A stretch of 64,000 bases of DNA from Akkermansia muciniphila (GCA_945865375.1 CAMBEJ010000007.1:1870-65869), one strand, 5' to 3'; shown: positions 10,930 to 20,170, counted from the first letter of the stretch. Translations and numbers: made by a program. The notes: generated by a model not told the origin, from the sequence alone.

Positions 10930-11286
10930 ATGAACGCGTCGCCTTCTTCCAAGTTTTCGTGGGGAGTGTATCTGCTGGGCGGGATGGGCGTCCTCTTGAT
11001 CATGGCCGCCGTGGTTCAGATTGCGATTCGAGAAATGCAACCTCTGCCAGTGGGTCAGCGGCGTGCCGACGAGCGTCGGAAAAATATGGCCGACCTCCGC
11101 CAATCCAACATGGACGTCCTAAACAACTACGCTTGGATGGATCAGCCCAAAGGCGTTGTGCGCATTCCCATCGAGCAGGCGATGGAGTTGATGCGGCAGG
11201 AGTGGCAAAATCCTGCTGACGGGCGCAAGAAGCTTCTGGCGCGTATAGAAAAAGCGACAGCCGTGGCTCCGAATGCGTACGAGTAG
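10930..11286 (+). CDS. Small single-TM protein, possible ACIII/oxidase accessory subunit
   Basis: 118 aa with one TM (VYLLGGMGVLLIMAAVVQIAI) and a soluble tail (GVVRIPIEQAMELM). Position between actF and the oxidase-like genes. Function not recognised. Confidence 0.5.
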   Translation: MNASPSSKFSWGVYLLGGMGVLLIMAAVVQIAIREMQPLPVGQRRADERRKNMADLRQSNMDVLNNYAWMDQPKGVVRIPIEQAMELMRQEWQNPADGRKKLLARIEKATAVAPNAYE

Positions 11287-11312
11287 ACTCGTCCATTGAG
11301 TTCGCGCTCGCA

Positions 11313-12794
11313 ATGATGACAACGACCGCAACAGAGATCGTTTCGACGCCGGACGACCGCTCCGGAGAGCACGACCGTGTTCTGCCGGGTGAGATTGACG
11401 CAAGCTGCCGGTGGACAGTTCTGGCACTTTTCGTGGGTGCGTTGTTTTGGCTCGTTGCCGCCAGTGGTCTGCAAGCTTTGTCGTCGGTGAAACTGCTGAT
11501 GCCGGGGCTCTTGGCACCCTGGGAGTTTCTGACTTACGGGCGGCTCGAGGGAGCGGTGTCCTGCGGTTTGGTTTTTGGTTTCGCGATTCCGGCCTTGATG
11601 GCTCTTTTGACCTGGATTCAATGCAGGCTGGGAGGTCAAAGCCTAGCTGGCTCACTCGGCTTTTGGATCTTTGGTTCGATGTGGAACCTGGGGGTCTTAG
11701 GCTCGGTCCTCGGAATTCTTGCGGGGGATGGCAGTGGCCTCGCGTGGTTTGAGCTTCCACTTTACGGCGCGGCACCGATGGCGGCGGCTTACATCGTTGG
11801 AGCGGGCGTGCTTTTGCTGAATGTGAAATTGCGCGCCGTTCGGGAGATGCATGTGTCGCAGTGGTTTCTCCTCCTCGCGGTGATATGGTTCGGTTGGGCA
11901 TTTACCGTGGCGGTTCTTTTGAATCAGACGCTGTCTTCTGGATTGGTCCATTTGTTGGTGGGCTACTGGTTCAAACAACAAATGTTCTTCATGACCCTGC
12001 TGCCGGGTGCTCTGGCTGTCGTGTTTTATGTCCTGCCCAAAGTGGCTGAGGCTCCTGTTCGTCCGCGCTCTCTGGTTTTGTTCGCATTTTGGACATTCGT
12101 GTTCATAGGCCCATGGGGAGGGATTCCCCAGTCGGCGCCTCTGCCGGCCTGGATGGTCAGCGTGGGGGTGGTTGCCAGCACCCTGGTGTTGGTGCCAATT
12201 TTGGCAACGATCCTCACCGTTTATGAAACGCTGGGTGGAAACTGTGGCTCATTGAGAAAAACGAGCGAAGGATCTCTTGTCATGGGCTCGGTATTGGCTC
12301 TAGCTCTATTTGCAGTCATGAATTGGGTTCGGAATTGGTCCGGCGTTGCGGGAGTTGTCGAGTTGAGCGTCTTTTCCAAGGGAATGTCCCTCCTTTTGGT
12401 GCTCGGTGTTTGCGGCTTGGGCGTCCTGGGTGGCATCCATCACGTGGTTCCCAAACTGACCCACTCCCAGTGGCTCCAGCCTTCGTGGGCCCGAATCCAT
12501 GGCACCGCGTCCATCCTCAGCGTGGCGGCGGTCGTCGCGGGCTTGATTCTGGCCGGAATGTTCCAGGGATTGCAAAGTAACAAGCTCGGTTCCACGGCCT
12601 CTGAAATTGCGGGGGCAGCACGGCCGATGCTCGCTTTGTCTGCCTTGGGTTGCCTGAGTTATTTCCTGGCTCAATCGGCTCTTTTCGGGGCCGTGTTGTG
12701 GCAGAGCGCGCTGGCTTGTCGCGCCTGCTGTGTTCCGTGCCTTGTTGACTGGGCAAAGGATCAGAGGGTCGAGAAGGCGGAGGTTGGCCGATGA
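11313..12794 (+). CDS. CcoN-like (cbb3 oxidase subunit I-like) polytopic membrane protein that apparently lacks the heme/CuB histidine ligands
   Basis: 493 aa, about 12 TM. Colinear similarity to CcoN blocks (YGRL..., VFYVLPK, IHHVVPK). 4-nt overlap with the CcoO-like gene. See the finding for the ligand analysis. Confidence 0.65.
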   Translation: MMTTTATEIVSTPDDRSGEHDRVLPGEIDASCRWTVLALFVGALFWLVAASGLQALSSVKLLMPGLLAPWEFLTYGRLEGAVSCGLVFGFAIPALMALLTWIQCRLGGQSLAGSLGFWIFGSMWNLGVLGSVLGILAGDGSGLAWFELPLYGAAPMAAAYIVGAGVLLLNVKLRAVREMHVSQWFLLLAVIWFGWAFTVAVLLNQTLSSGLVHLLVGYWFKQQMFFMTLLPGALAVVFYVLPKVAEAPVRPRSLVLFAFWTFVFIGPWGGIPQSAPLPAWMVSVGVVASTLVLVPILATILTVYETLGGNCGSLRKTSEGSLVMGSVLALALFAVMNWVRNWSGVAGVVELSVFSKGMSLLLVLGVCGLGVLGGIHHVVPKLTHSQWLQPSWARIHGTASILSVAAVVAGLILAGMFQGLQSNKLGSTASEIAGAARPMLALSALGCLSYFLAQSALFGAVLWQSALACRACCVPCLVDWAKDQRVEKAEVGR

Positions 12795-13516
12795 AACACG
12801 GTCCTTTTATCCTCGTGGGCTTGCTCCTGGCGTCCGCTTCCTCTTGGTGCGGCATGGTTTTGGCCCCGTTGGTTCAATGGCGCGATCTTCAGCCGGAGAA
12901 GGACGAGGGCACTGCCACTTACTATCCGTCAAGGAGGTCGGGCTTGGCGGAGCAGGGGAGCGAGGTTTATCGTGCCATGGGTTGTTTCCATTGTCATACC
13001 CAGATCATCCGGGGCAGGGGGCTCGGAATGGATTTGGAGAAGGGTTTGGGGACCCGTCGGAGCGTTGCCATTGATTTCCTGTACGATCATACCGTGATGC
13101 CGGGCGAAACACGGCTGGGGCCTGATCTCGCGAATTTCGGGGTTCGTTCCAGGAAGGCCGGTGACACGAATGGGGCCTTGGCGCGGCGCTCTATTCTTGT
13201 GAAACTGTTTGACCCTCGTTCTGTGAATTCGGCCTCCATCATGCCTTCCTATGCGCATCTTTTCGAGGTCCGCAAGATCAGTCGAACACCCTCGCCGGAG
13301 GCCCTTGTTTTGTCTCCAGGAGCCGGGGCCCAATCCGGATTCGAAGTCGTGCCCAAACCTGAAGCGATAGCGCTCGCAGCGTACTTAACCAGTTTGGATT
13401 CTCAGAAGTCAGTCTTTGTCGCACCCGTCCCCAAGCCCGTTAAAAAGGGGGGCGAAAAGGGAACCAATGCGTCCCCGTCTGTGGTTGTGGAAACCCACTC
13501 AGCACCCCCTAAATGA
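12791..13516 (+). CDS. ccoO: CcoO-like mono-heme cytochrome c subunit of a cbb3-type oxidase
   Basis: N-terminal TM. GSEVYRAMGCFHCHTQIIRG, RLGPDLANFGVR and SIMPSY blocks match CcoO/FixO. Confidence 0.8.
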   Translation: MKHGPFILVGLLLASASSWCGMVLAPLVQWRDLQPEKDEGTATYYPSRRSGLAEQGSEVYRAMGCFHCHTQIIRGRGLGMDLEKGLGTRRSVAIDFLYDHTVMPGETRLGPDLANFGVRSRKAGDTNGALARRSILVKLFDPRSVNSASIMPSYAHLFEVRKISRTPSPEALVLSPGAGAQSGFEVVPKPEAIALAAYLTSLDSQKSVFVAPVPKPVKKGGEKGTNASPSVVVETHSAPPK

Positions 13517-14172
13517 AGGGTCGAGATTTGTCCGTGACCATGAAAAGTTCCGATGATAATAGGCCACGAGAAGGCCGTCCGCGTGATACCGAGCCTCGCC
13601 TAGAGGCTGGCTCTTCGCCTCAACTCTACTGGTTGATGGCTCTGCTCGGCGTGTTGGCGGTATGGGGCGATCACTATCTTGTGAACCGCGCAGCGGACTA
13701 TCATCCCCAGGTTTATACGCCGTATTTATCCTTTTATGAAGTGGACGCGCTGAATCCCAAGTCCCCAGGAGACGTGCTGGCCGCGAAGGGTCGGTTGATT
13801 TATCAAAACTACTGTCAGCCGTGTCACCAGCCGAACGGTGGCGGACTCCCGGGTCAGTTCCCTCCTTTAGCGGGTTCCGATTGGGTTGCCGTCCCCGGCC
13901 CTAACAGGATCATCCGCATCGTCCTGAACGGCTTGGCGGGCCCGGTCACGGTGAATGGGGCCGTGTTTAGCAACGCGATGTTCGATTTCGGGAAGAGCCT
14001 CACGGATAATGATATCGCGGCGGTGCTCACGTTCGTCCGGAGCAACGCGGAGTGGAATAATTCGTCGGCGCCTGTCACCCCAGAGCAAGTGGCTGCGATT
14101 CGCAAGAAAACCTCTGACCGGGGCGAACCCTGGTCCGCTGAGGAATTGCTGAAGGTTCCAGATAGCGATTGA
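13513..14172 (+). CDS. Membrane-anchored class I cytochrome c (mono-heme, in the CcoP position)
   Basis: 219 aa with one TM, a single CQPCH motif and FPPLAGSDWV. Overlaps the ccoO-like stop by 4 nt. Confidence 0.75.
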   Translation: MKGRDLSVTMKSSDDNRPREGRPRDTEPRLEAGSSPQLYWLMALLGVLAVWGDHYLVNRAADYHPQVYTPYLSFYEVDALNPKSPGDVLAAKGRLIYQNYCQPCHQPNGGGLPGQFPPLAGSDWVAVPGPNRIIRIVLNGLAGPVTVNGAVFSNAMFDFGKSLTDNDIAAVLTFVRSNAEWNNSSAPVTPEQVAAIRKKTSDRGEPWSAEELLKVPDSD

Positions 14173-14196
14173 TTTCCGTTGAGTTCAAGGGATCCC

Positions 14197-15540
14197 ATGC
14201 TGGAAGCACCTTCACAACGACTGGGTCCAGCGAGGGAGAGCTCCCCGCTCAAAGCTCTCGACTACTCTGTGGTGCAGCAATGCATGCACTGCGGTTTGTG
14301 CCTTCCAACCTGTCCGACGTACGACGTCACAAAGCTGGAGAAGAACAGTCCTCGCGGACGCATTGCCCTGATGCGTTCAATCGCCGATGGAGAGCTCGAA
14401 CCCGGCAAAGCGTTCGCTGACGAGATGTATTTTTGCCTGGGCTGTCTGGCCTGCATGACGGCCTGTCCCGCAGGCGTGAATTACGCGGAGCTTTTTGAGC
14501 ATGCGCGCGCCGAGGCTGAGCAAAGCCAGGCCCTGGATAGTGGGTGGCGGAGGTTTTTGCGTGGTTTGACTCTGCGCTGGCTGTTCGGGGACTTGAGCCG
14601 ATTGCAGTTGCTTGGCCGGGCCATCCGGTTCTACCAGCAGCTTGGGCTTGAGGACTTTGTGCGCAAGTCTGGCATCATGCGACTCATGCCTGCACGGTTG
14701 CAAGGGCTGGAGTCCATGTCCCCCCGTATTTGTTCCGAGTTCTCCGAAGACTTGATCGCTCTACGGACGAGAGCTCATGGGGAGAAACGCCACCGGGTTG
14801 CGGTCTTGACGGGGTGCGCTCAGGATTTGATTTTCAGCGATGTCAATCGCGACACGGTGGAGGTGCTTGCACAAAACGGGTGCGAGGTCATCACGCCGCG
14901 CGACCAGGCTTGTTGTGGATCGTTGCACGCACACAACGGGGAACTGGAGCTGGCGCGGGCGCTCGCACGCAAACAGTTGGACATGGTTCCCCCTGAGGAA
15001 TTTGACGCCATTATCACGAATGCGGCCGGGTGTGGATCGCATTTGAAGCACTATTCGAGTCTGCTGAAAGACGATCCGGCTTATGCGCGCCGGGCGGCCC
15101 TGTGGGACGCGAAGGTGAAAGACATCCACGAGTGGCTCGTGGAGATAGGGATCAGGAGGCCCTCTCCATCCGGGGCGCCGGAACAAACGGTCACTTACCA
15201 CGAGGCGTGTCACTTGTGTCATGGCCAGAAAATCACGGCACAACCTCGTGAGCTGTTGAAGTCGATTCCTGGATTGAATCTCGTCGAGATGGCGGAGAGC
15301 ACGTGGTGCTGTGGTAGCGCCGGCATCTACAACATCATCCAGCCTGAGATGGCAGGAGACCTGTTAACCCGCAAGTTGAACCATGTGCGATCGACCGGCG
15401 CCAACATCGTGGCGACAGGCAACCCTGGATGCCTCCTCCACATGGTGAATGGAGCGCGGAAGCAGGGCTTGAATGTGCGATTAGCGCATCCTGTGACGTT
15501 GCTCGCCGAGGCCTATCGCAGGGAGATCTTGAAGGGTTGA
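14197..15540 (+). CDS. GlcF/GlpC/HdrD-like (Fe-S)-binding oxidoreductase with two CCG domains
   Basis: CMHCGLCLPTCP and CLGCLACMTACP ferredoxin motifs, then CCGS...CCGSAG cysteine-rich repeats. ATG at 14197 is preferred to the TTG at 14179. Confidence 0.8.
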   Translation: MLEAPSQRLGPARESSPLKALDYSVVQQCMHCGLCLPTCPTYDVTKLEKNSPRGRIALMRSIADGELEPGKAFADEMYFCLGCLACMTACPAGVNYAELFEHARAEAEQSQALDSGWRRFLRGLTLRWLFGDLSRLQLLGRAIRFYQQLGLEDFVRKSGIMRLMPARLQGLESMSPRICSEFSEDLIALRTRAHGEKRHRVAVLTGCAQDLIFSDVNRDTVEVLAQNGCEVITPRDQACCGSLHAHNGELELARALARKQLDMVPPEEFDAIITNAAGCGSHLKHYSSLLKDDPAYARRAALWDAKVKDIHEWLVEIGIRRPSPSGAPEQTVTYHEACHLCHGQKITAQPRELLKSIPGLNLVEMAESTWCCGSAGIYNIIQPEMAGDLLTRKLNHVRSTGANIVATGNPGCLLHMVNGARKQGLNVRLAHPVTLLAEAYRREILKG

Positions 15541-15618
15541 AGTTTGAAAGCTTGGAACTCAGTAATGCAACCTTGTTAAGCCTGATGTTAAAACAGCTCC
15601 GAGTCGCTGCTTCGACTC

Positions 15619-16623
15619 TCATTCCTTGAACAGTTTCACCGTGATCGCGCCCTCTCGCGTGACGTAGGCTCGGAAAAGGCCGTCGGTGTTGAAGGCGCTG
15701 GCCATGTTGCCACGTTTGTCCAAGCAAATCACGCCGCCTTCTCCCCCTGCGGCTTTGAGCTTGCGATTGATGACTTCATCCGCCGCGTCCTGCACCGAGA
15801 GGCCTTTATATTTCATGAGAGCTACGATGTCGTGCGTGACCGCATAACGGATGAAAAACTCCCCGTGCCCCGTGGCCGAGACTCCGGCCGCCTCGTTGTC
15901 GGCGTACGTCCCCGCGCCGATGATCGGCGAATCGCCAACGCGGCCCCACCGTTTGTAAGCCATGCCCCCGGTGGAAGTGCCAGCTGCGAGATCCCCATTT
16001 CGATCTCGCGCCACGGCACCGACGGTGGACCACATGCCGTCCGGCTGTTGGGGAATTTCGGAGCGTGCCTTTTCCTTGGCGAGGTATTCCTGAAGTTCTT
16101 GCCAGCGCGGCTCGGTCCGGAAGTAGGACGGGTCAACGATCTCTAGCCCGTTCTCGCGGGCAAACGTATTCGCGCCCTCGCTCACGAGCAGCACGTGCTT
16201 GGACTTTTCCATCACCGCGCGGGCCGCCGTGATCGGGTTCTTGACCACGGTGACTCCAGCCACGGCGCCGGCCTTCAAGCCACGGCCTTCCATGATGGAC
16301 GAATCGAGTTCGTTGTTACCTTGGAGAGTGAACACTGCGCCCTTGCCGGCATTGAACACGGGATTGTCTTCCATCACGCGAATGGAGGCTTCCACCATAT
16401 CGAGGCTCGATCCTCCTTTTTTGTAAACTTCGTAGCCTTTTTGGATCGCCGCCCTCAAGCCTTCGCGAGAGAGCCGTTCCGACTCGGGTGTGTTGATCTT
16501 GTCGCGCCGGGAGGCAGCGCCGCCGTGGATGACGAGGACGACATTGGAATCTTGGGCCTGGGCCGGCAGCAGGCCGGCGATGAGGCATGCCAAACTGATG
16601 AAGGGAGCGGTTTTCATTGTCAT
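15619..16623 (-). CDS. Isoaspartyl peptidase / L-asparaginase (Ntn hydrolase, plant-type)
   Basis: Signal peptide, then VLVIHGGA, the autocleavage region WSTVGAVARD and GAGTYADNEAAGVSATGHGE. Confidence 0.88.
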   Translation of the reverse strand: MTMKTAPFISLACLIAGLLPAQAQDSNVVLVIHGGAASRRDKINTPESERLSREGLRAAIQKGYEVYKKGGSSLDMVEASIRVMEDNPVFNAGKGAVFTLQGNNELDSSIMEGRGLKAGAVAGVTVVKNPITAARAVMEKSKHVLLVSEGANTFARENGLEIVDPSYFRTEPRWQELQEYLAKEKARSEIPQQPDGMWSTVGAVARDRNGDLAAGTSTGGMAYKRWGRVGDSPIIGAGTYADNEAAGVSATGHGEFFIRYAVTHDIVALMKYKGLSVQDAADEVINRKLKAAGGEGGVICLDKRGNMASAFNTDGLFRAYVTREGAITVKLFKE

Positions 16624-16692
16624 TTTGGATTGGAAACTTGTGTGGCTGGCGGTGGAAACTAAGCAAAGAGTTTTAAATTTTAACCGCGGACG

Positions 16693-16762
16693 ACACGGAT
16701 TCCACGGATATGATCTTGAATGCGCGCACTCTGAAGGCCGCGTTTATCCGTGTTATCCGTGG
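16693..16762. repeat. Hairpin-forming intergenic element with tandem CACGGAT units (ACACGGATTCCACGGATA - 34 nt - TATCCGTGTTATCCGTGG)
   Basis: Read directly: arms at 16693-16710 and 16745-16762 are 15-16/18 complementary. Lies between two same-strand genes. Its right arm recurs at 40447-40464. Confidence 0.7.
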
Positions 16763-16806
16763 TCAAATTCTGAAAGAACATTCATCGAGAGTTGAGATTT
16801 CAGGAA

Positions 16807-18270
16807 CTAATTGGGGCGCGGCCTCACCTGAGGTTTAGCGTCAGCGGGCAATTTCGACAAGTAGCCTCTCCCACCGCGGCGTTTCTCGAAGCTCTTCCTT
16901 GCTTCTTCAACGAGAGCGGGCTGCTGCAATAAGTCGAGAGCGGTGAGGGCTATGGTTTTCGCGGCGACCAACATGCCTTTCTGGCCAATACTCATGCCGG
17001 CGCACGCGGTCGATTGCCAGGTGTGAGGCACGACGCCCGGAACAAATGTGGCGGCGCGTATTTCGCCGGTCGGAATCTGCCAACTGACGTCGCCGACATC
17101 GGTTGACCAAAACGTCACTCCTTCCTGAACATCCAAGACCTGGGAGGCGGAATTCAAATCGGGCAAGCCGTCCTGCGGCAGGAGGGCTCGGATCTTTTCC
17201 GCGAACTCCCGCTCGTCCGCAGTGTAGCGAACGCCGCCTACAAGGCGCATGTTTATCTCAGACAATTTGGCCAATGTGTCGTTCGGCAAGACATTCGCGA
17301 GAGCACCAATGATCTCGATTTCGAGCGTGGTCTCGGTCGCGAGAGCGCCCGCTTCGGCGCATTTGACGACGCGCTTCCAGATTGCGTCCAACGTGGGCGC
17401 GTCAGGATGGCGTACTGTGAGCCGGAGTTCGGAGAACTCAGGCACGATATTGGCGGAGGCGCCACCGCTGGAAACGTAGTAGTGGATTCGGGCTTCGGAC
17501 GGTACGTGCTCTCGCAACATATCCACGGCATGGCCCATCAACATGACCGCATCAAGGGCTGAGCGGCCCTTTTCGGGAGCGCGGGCCGCATGAGCCGCCG
17601 TGCCCCTGAAGCGGAAGCAAGCGCCCTCATTGGCCAGCGTCGTTCTCATGCCCGGTTCATTGCGATCATCGGGATGCCACGTCAGGGCTATGTCGCAACC
17701 CTTGAAAGCCCCGGCTCGTGACATGTGAACTTTGCCACTGCCATTTTCTTCGGCCGGGCAACCGTAAAACCGGATGGTGCCCCCAAGGGAATGGGACAGC
17801 ATAAACTCCTTTGCGGTGATCGCCGCGAAGGCGGACGCAGTGCCAAGAAGATTGTGGCCACAGCCATGACCCGCGCCCAGCATTCCAATGGGGCGCTTCT
17901 CAGGAATGGCTTCCTGCCGCAAGCCCGGCAAGGCATCGTATTCGCCCAGGATCGCAATCACGGGTTTGCCTGCACCCCATGAAGCGATGAACGAAGTCGG
18001 CATGCCGCCGATGTTGGTTTGAATCTGGAAACCAGCGCCGCGCAACTCTGAAGCAATCAGCTCGGAACTTTGGTATTCCTCGAAGCTGATCTCAGCGATT
18101 TCCCAGATGCGGCGGGATAAAGCGGTGAAATGGGCTGAACGTTGACCCATGCTTGTCAGCACTTCCGTTTTCCACTCCGGCGGTGTTTGATCCTGAGCCG
18201 AGGCAAGCTGCGAATGAAACGAATGAAGCAGCAGGAGCCACCCAAGGAAGCCCAAAAGATTGATAGGCAT
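16807..18270 (-). CDS. M20-family amidohydrolase (AbgB/aminobenzoyl-glutamate utilisation-like), secreted
   Basis: Motifs GEYDALPGL, GHGCGHNLLG and GCPAEE. Start moved to MPINLLGFLGWLLLL (signal peptide). Confidence 0.8.
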   Translation of the reverse strand: MPINLLGFLGWLLLLHSFHSQLASAQDQTPPEWKTEVLTSMGQRSAHFTALSRRIWEIAEISFEEYQSSELIASELRGAGFQIQTNIGGMPTSFIASWGAGKPVIAILGEYDALPGLRQEAIPEKRPIGMLGAGHGCGHNLLGTASAFAAITAKEFMLSHSLGGTIRFYGCPAEENGSGKVHMSRAGAFKGCDIALTWHPDDRNEPGMRTTLANEGACFRFRGTAAHAARAPEKGRSALDAVMLMGHAVDMLREHVPSEARIHYYVSSGGASANIVPEFSELRLTVRHPDAPTLDAIWKRVVKCAEAGALATETTLEIEIIGALANVLPNDTLAKLSEINMRLVGGVRYTADEREFAEKIRALLPQDGLPDLNSASQVLDVQEGVTFWSTDVGDVSWQIPTGEIRAATFVPGVVPHTWQSTACAGMSIGQKGMLVAAKTIALTALDLLQQPALVEEARKSFEKRRGGRGYLSKLPADAKPQVRPRPN

Positions 18271-18341
18271 TTGGTTTCTAATTGTTGTTCCATGATAGAT
18301 CTTGGAGGTGGGCTGGGGCAAGAAAGAACGCTGGGAAACCA

Positions 18342-18563
18342 ATGAGAAACCGGATTGAACAAAAGGCGAAGGGATTGGTGCTGGAGGAATTGCGGCATCA
18401 CGGGTGGACGGGGCAGGACATGGAGAAGCAACGCAAACCCCGTGCCGCCAGAGTCAGGATGGCGACGCGATTGAGATGTGAGACGGTGATGGCGTGGGAT
18501 TGGAGTGCGGAACGTTCGCGCTTGGGGTGTCGGCACACCATGGCCAGTTGTTTGAAAGGATAG
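18342..18563 (+). pseudogene. Relic: C-terminal fragment of a Y1 (IS200-like/RAYT-like) transposase-like family common in PVC genomes
   Basis: LRHHGWTGQDMEKQRKPRAARVRMATRLRCETVMAWDWSAERSRLG resembles the family C-terminus (LGWTE.DL..R.KGD..K..IA.RLR.ETTMTL.WIA.RL.MG). No N-terminal catalytic part precedes it. Confidence 0.45.
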
Positions 18564-18607
18564 TATTTTCTAGAATAGCCGCGATTGGTCCCAATCCAAC
18601 GGGGGAA

Positions 18608-18892
18608 TTATCCACCGACTTTGTGGGCCTTGCGTCGGGTGCCGGGCTGGATAGAGACCACGTGGAGAGGATCAATGATGTCCAGCAGCCCTTCGGCATC
18701 TTCGATGACGATGTTGTGGTGGCCAATCAAGACGAATTCGGGATGCAGCACTGGGAACTCCAGGCCATCGGAAGTGCGAATGAGAAATGGACCCTGCCCG
18801 ACCAACTGCTGCCGGATTAATTCACGGTTCAAGCTCTCGTTATCAACGCCTGAGAGCACACCGTCAAGCGTCAAAAAGGAGTCACCAACCAT
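18608..18892 (-). CDS. Hypothetical protein (94 aa)
   Basis: Protein-like composition and no overlap with other calls. No family recognised. Confidence 0.35.
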   Translation of the reverse strand: MVGDSFLTLDGVLSGVDNESLNRELIRQQLVGQGPFLIRTSDGLEFPVLHPEFVLIGHHNIVIEDAEGLLDIIDPLHVVSIQPGTRRKAHKVGG

Positions 18893-19007
18893 GGTTTCCG
18901 GCAGCGTAGTAGCGTGCCCTCAACATGACGAGCAAGAAGCTGGGGCAGGGTGAAAGAGGTCACCCATTGATGTTGATACAGGAGGCGGCACCGGACATTT
19001 TTCCGAC

Positions 19008-19320
19008 ATGCCCCGCAAGTTGAGAGTCGAGTATCCCGACGTGATAAATCGCGTCATGAATCGCGGTGGTGGGAGCGAGCCGGTCTTCAATGATGATGCG
19101 GATCGCCAGTGCTTCATCGAATCCCGCAGGCGAGAGATCGATTGAGGTGCGGGGCGAACTGGCGTTTCTTACTGGCGGAGGGCTTCTCATTCTCGACGTT
19201 CCTGATTCTGGAAGCATCCGGCAAGTAGGTCATGACGCGTCTCTGGAGAGAACCGAACGCGGACTTGCGGTCGAAGGGAATCGTGCCTTGCTGGGAACTT
19301 ATTGGACCGGGCTCTGTTTA
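19008..19320 (+). pseudogene. Relic: frameshifted N-terminal part of a Y1 transposase-like gene
   Basis: The ATG at 19008 gives MPRKLRVEYPDVINRVMNRGGGSEPVFNDDADRQCFIES..., then a stop at 19143-19145. Similarity continues in other frames (ANWRFLLAEGFSFSTFLILEASGK, LLGTYWTG). Compare the family consensus LRLEYPGAIYHVMNRG..REPIF.DD.DR..F....GW.VHAY.LM.NHFHL..ET....LLGTYT. Confidence 0.55.
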
Positions 19321-19438
19321 GTCGGCGATTGCGACAAAGAAGTATTGCGCCCCATGGAACAGGCTTTCAAAGTGCTTTTCGGCGAAGGGAATTTCCTCGG
19401 CGGCAGCATCGTCGGCGAGATTCGACTGCCGATTTCTA

Positions 19439-20098
19439 ATGCAACCTTTGAACGTCCTCAGGACTTCGTTGATCGAGTCCGGCGTGGTCGCCGTGATCCG
19501 AACGGACAGCGCCGAACCGATTCCTGAGATCGCGCGCGCTCTTCTGAGAGGCGGCGTGCGCGCCGTCGAGATCACACTCACGGTCCCCGGCGCGGTGGAG
19601 GTGATCCGGGATCTGTGCATCGAATGGGGGGAGCGCGCTCTCATTGGCGCTGGCACGGTGCTGGATGCCAAAGCGTGCGACAGTGTGATTGCCGCCGGCG
19701 CCCAGTTTGTGGTCAGCCCCATCGCCAGGACTTCGCTCGTGCCGATCGCGCACGAAGCAGGGAGGGTGCTGATGCTGGGTGCCTACACACCCACGGAGGC
19801 CCAAGCGGTCCACGAGTCTGGAGCGGATTTTGTGAAGGTGTTTCCCTGCGACACTCTTGGTGCGGCTTATATCAGATCGCTGCGGGCTCCACTCCCTCAC
19901 CTGAGGATCGTACCCACGGGAGGAGTGGATTTAAAAACCGCGCCAGAGTTCATTCGTGCGGGATGCGCCGCCGTGGGAGCGGGGTCGTCGTTGATGCCGA
20001 AAGCCCTGGTGCGCGACCGGCGATGGGACGATCTGACGGCTCTGGCGTCGGAGTTTTCACGCGTCGTTGCGGAAGCGCGATCGCCCGTGCATGAGTAA
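19439..20098 (+). CDS. eda: 2-dehydro-3-deoxyphosphogluconate (KDPG) aldolase
   Basis: VVAVIR, GGVRAVEITLTVPGA, GAGTVLD, FVVSP and the KVFP Schiff-base Lys context. Confidence 0.88.
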   Translation: MQPLNVLRTSLIESGVVAVIRTDSAEPIPEIARALLRGGVRAVEITLTVPGAVEVIRDLCIEWGERALIGAGTVLDAKACDSVIAAGAQFVVSPIARTSLVPIAHEAGRVLMLGAYTPTEAQAVHESGADFVKVFPCDTLGAAYIRSLRAPLPHLRIVPTGGVDLKTAPEFIRAGCAAVGAGSSLMPKALVRDRRWDDLTALASEFSRVVAEARSPVHE

Positions 20099-20170
20099 AA
20101 AAAGAAGCATCAGCGCAGATCATCCGCCGATGATATTTGATGAGAAAACTCTTTCCTGCTCCCACTATCA

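Noticed and set aside
15601-15618. Hairpin GAGTCG-CTGCTT-CGACTC between the convergent glcF-like and asparaginase genes, as a bidirectional terminator
   Set aside because: Only a 6-bp stem and no adjacent U-tract on either strand. Too weak to call.
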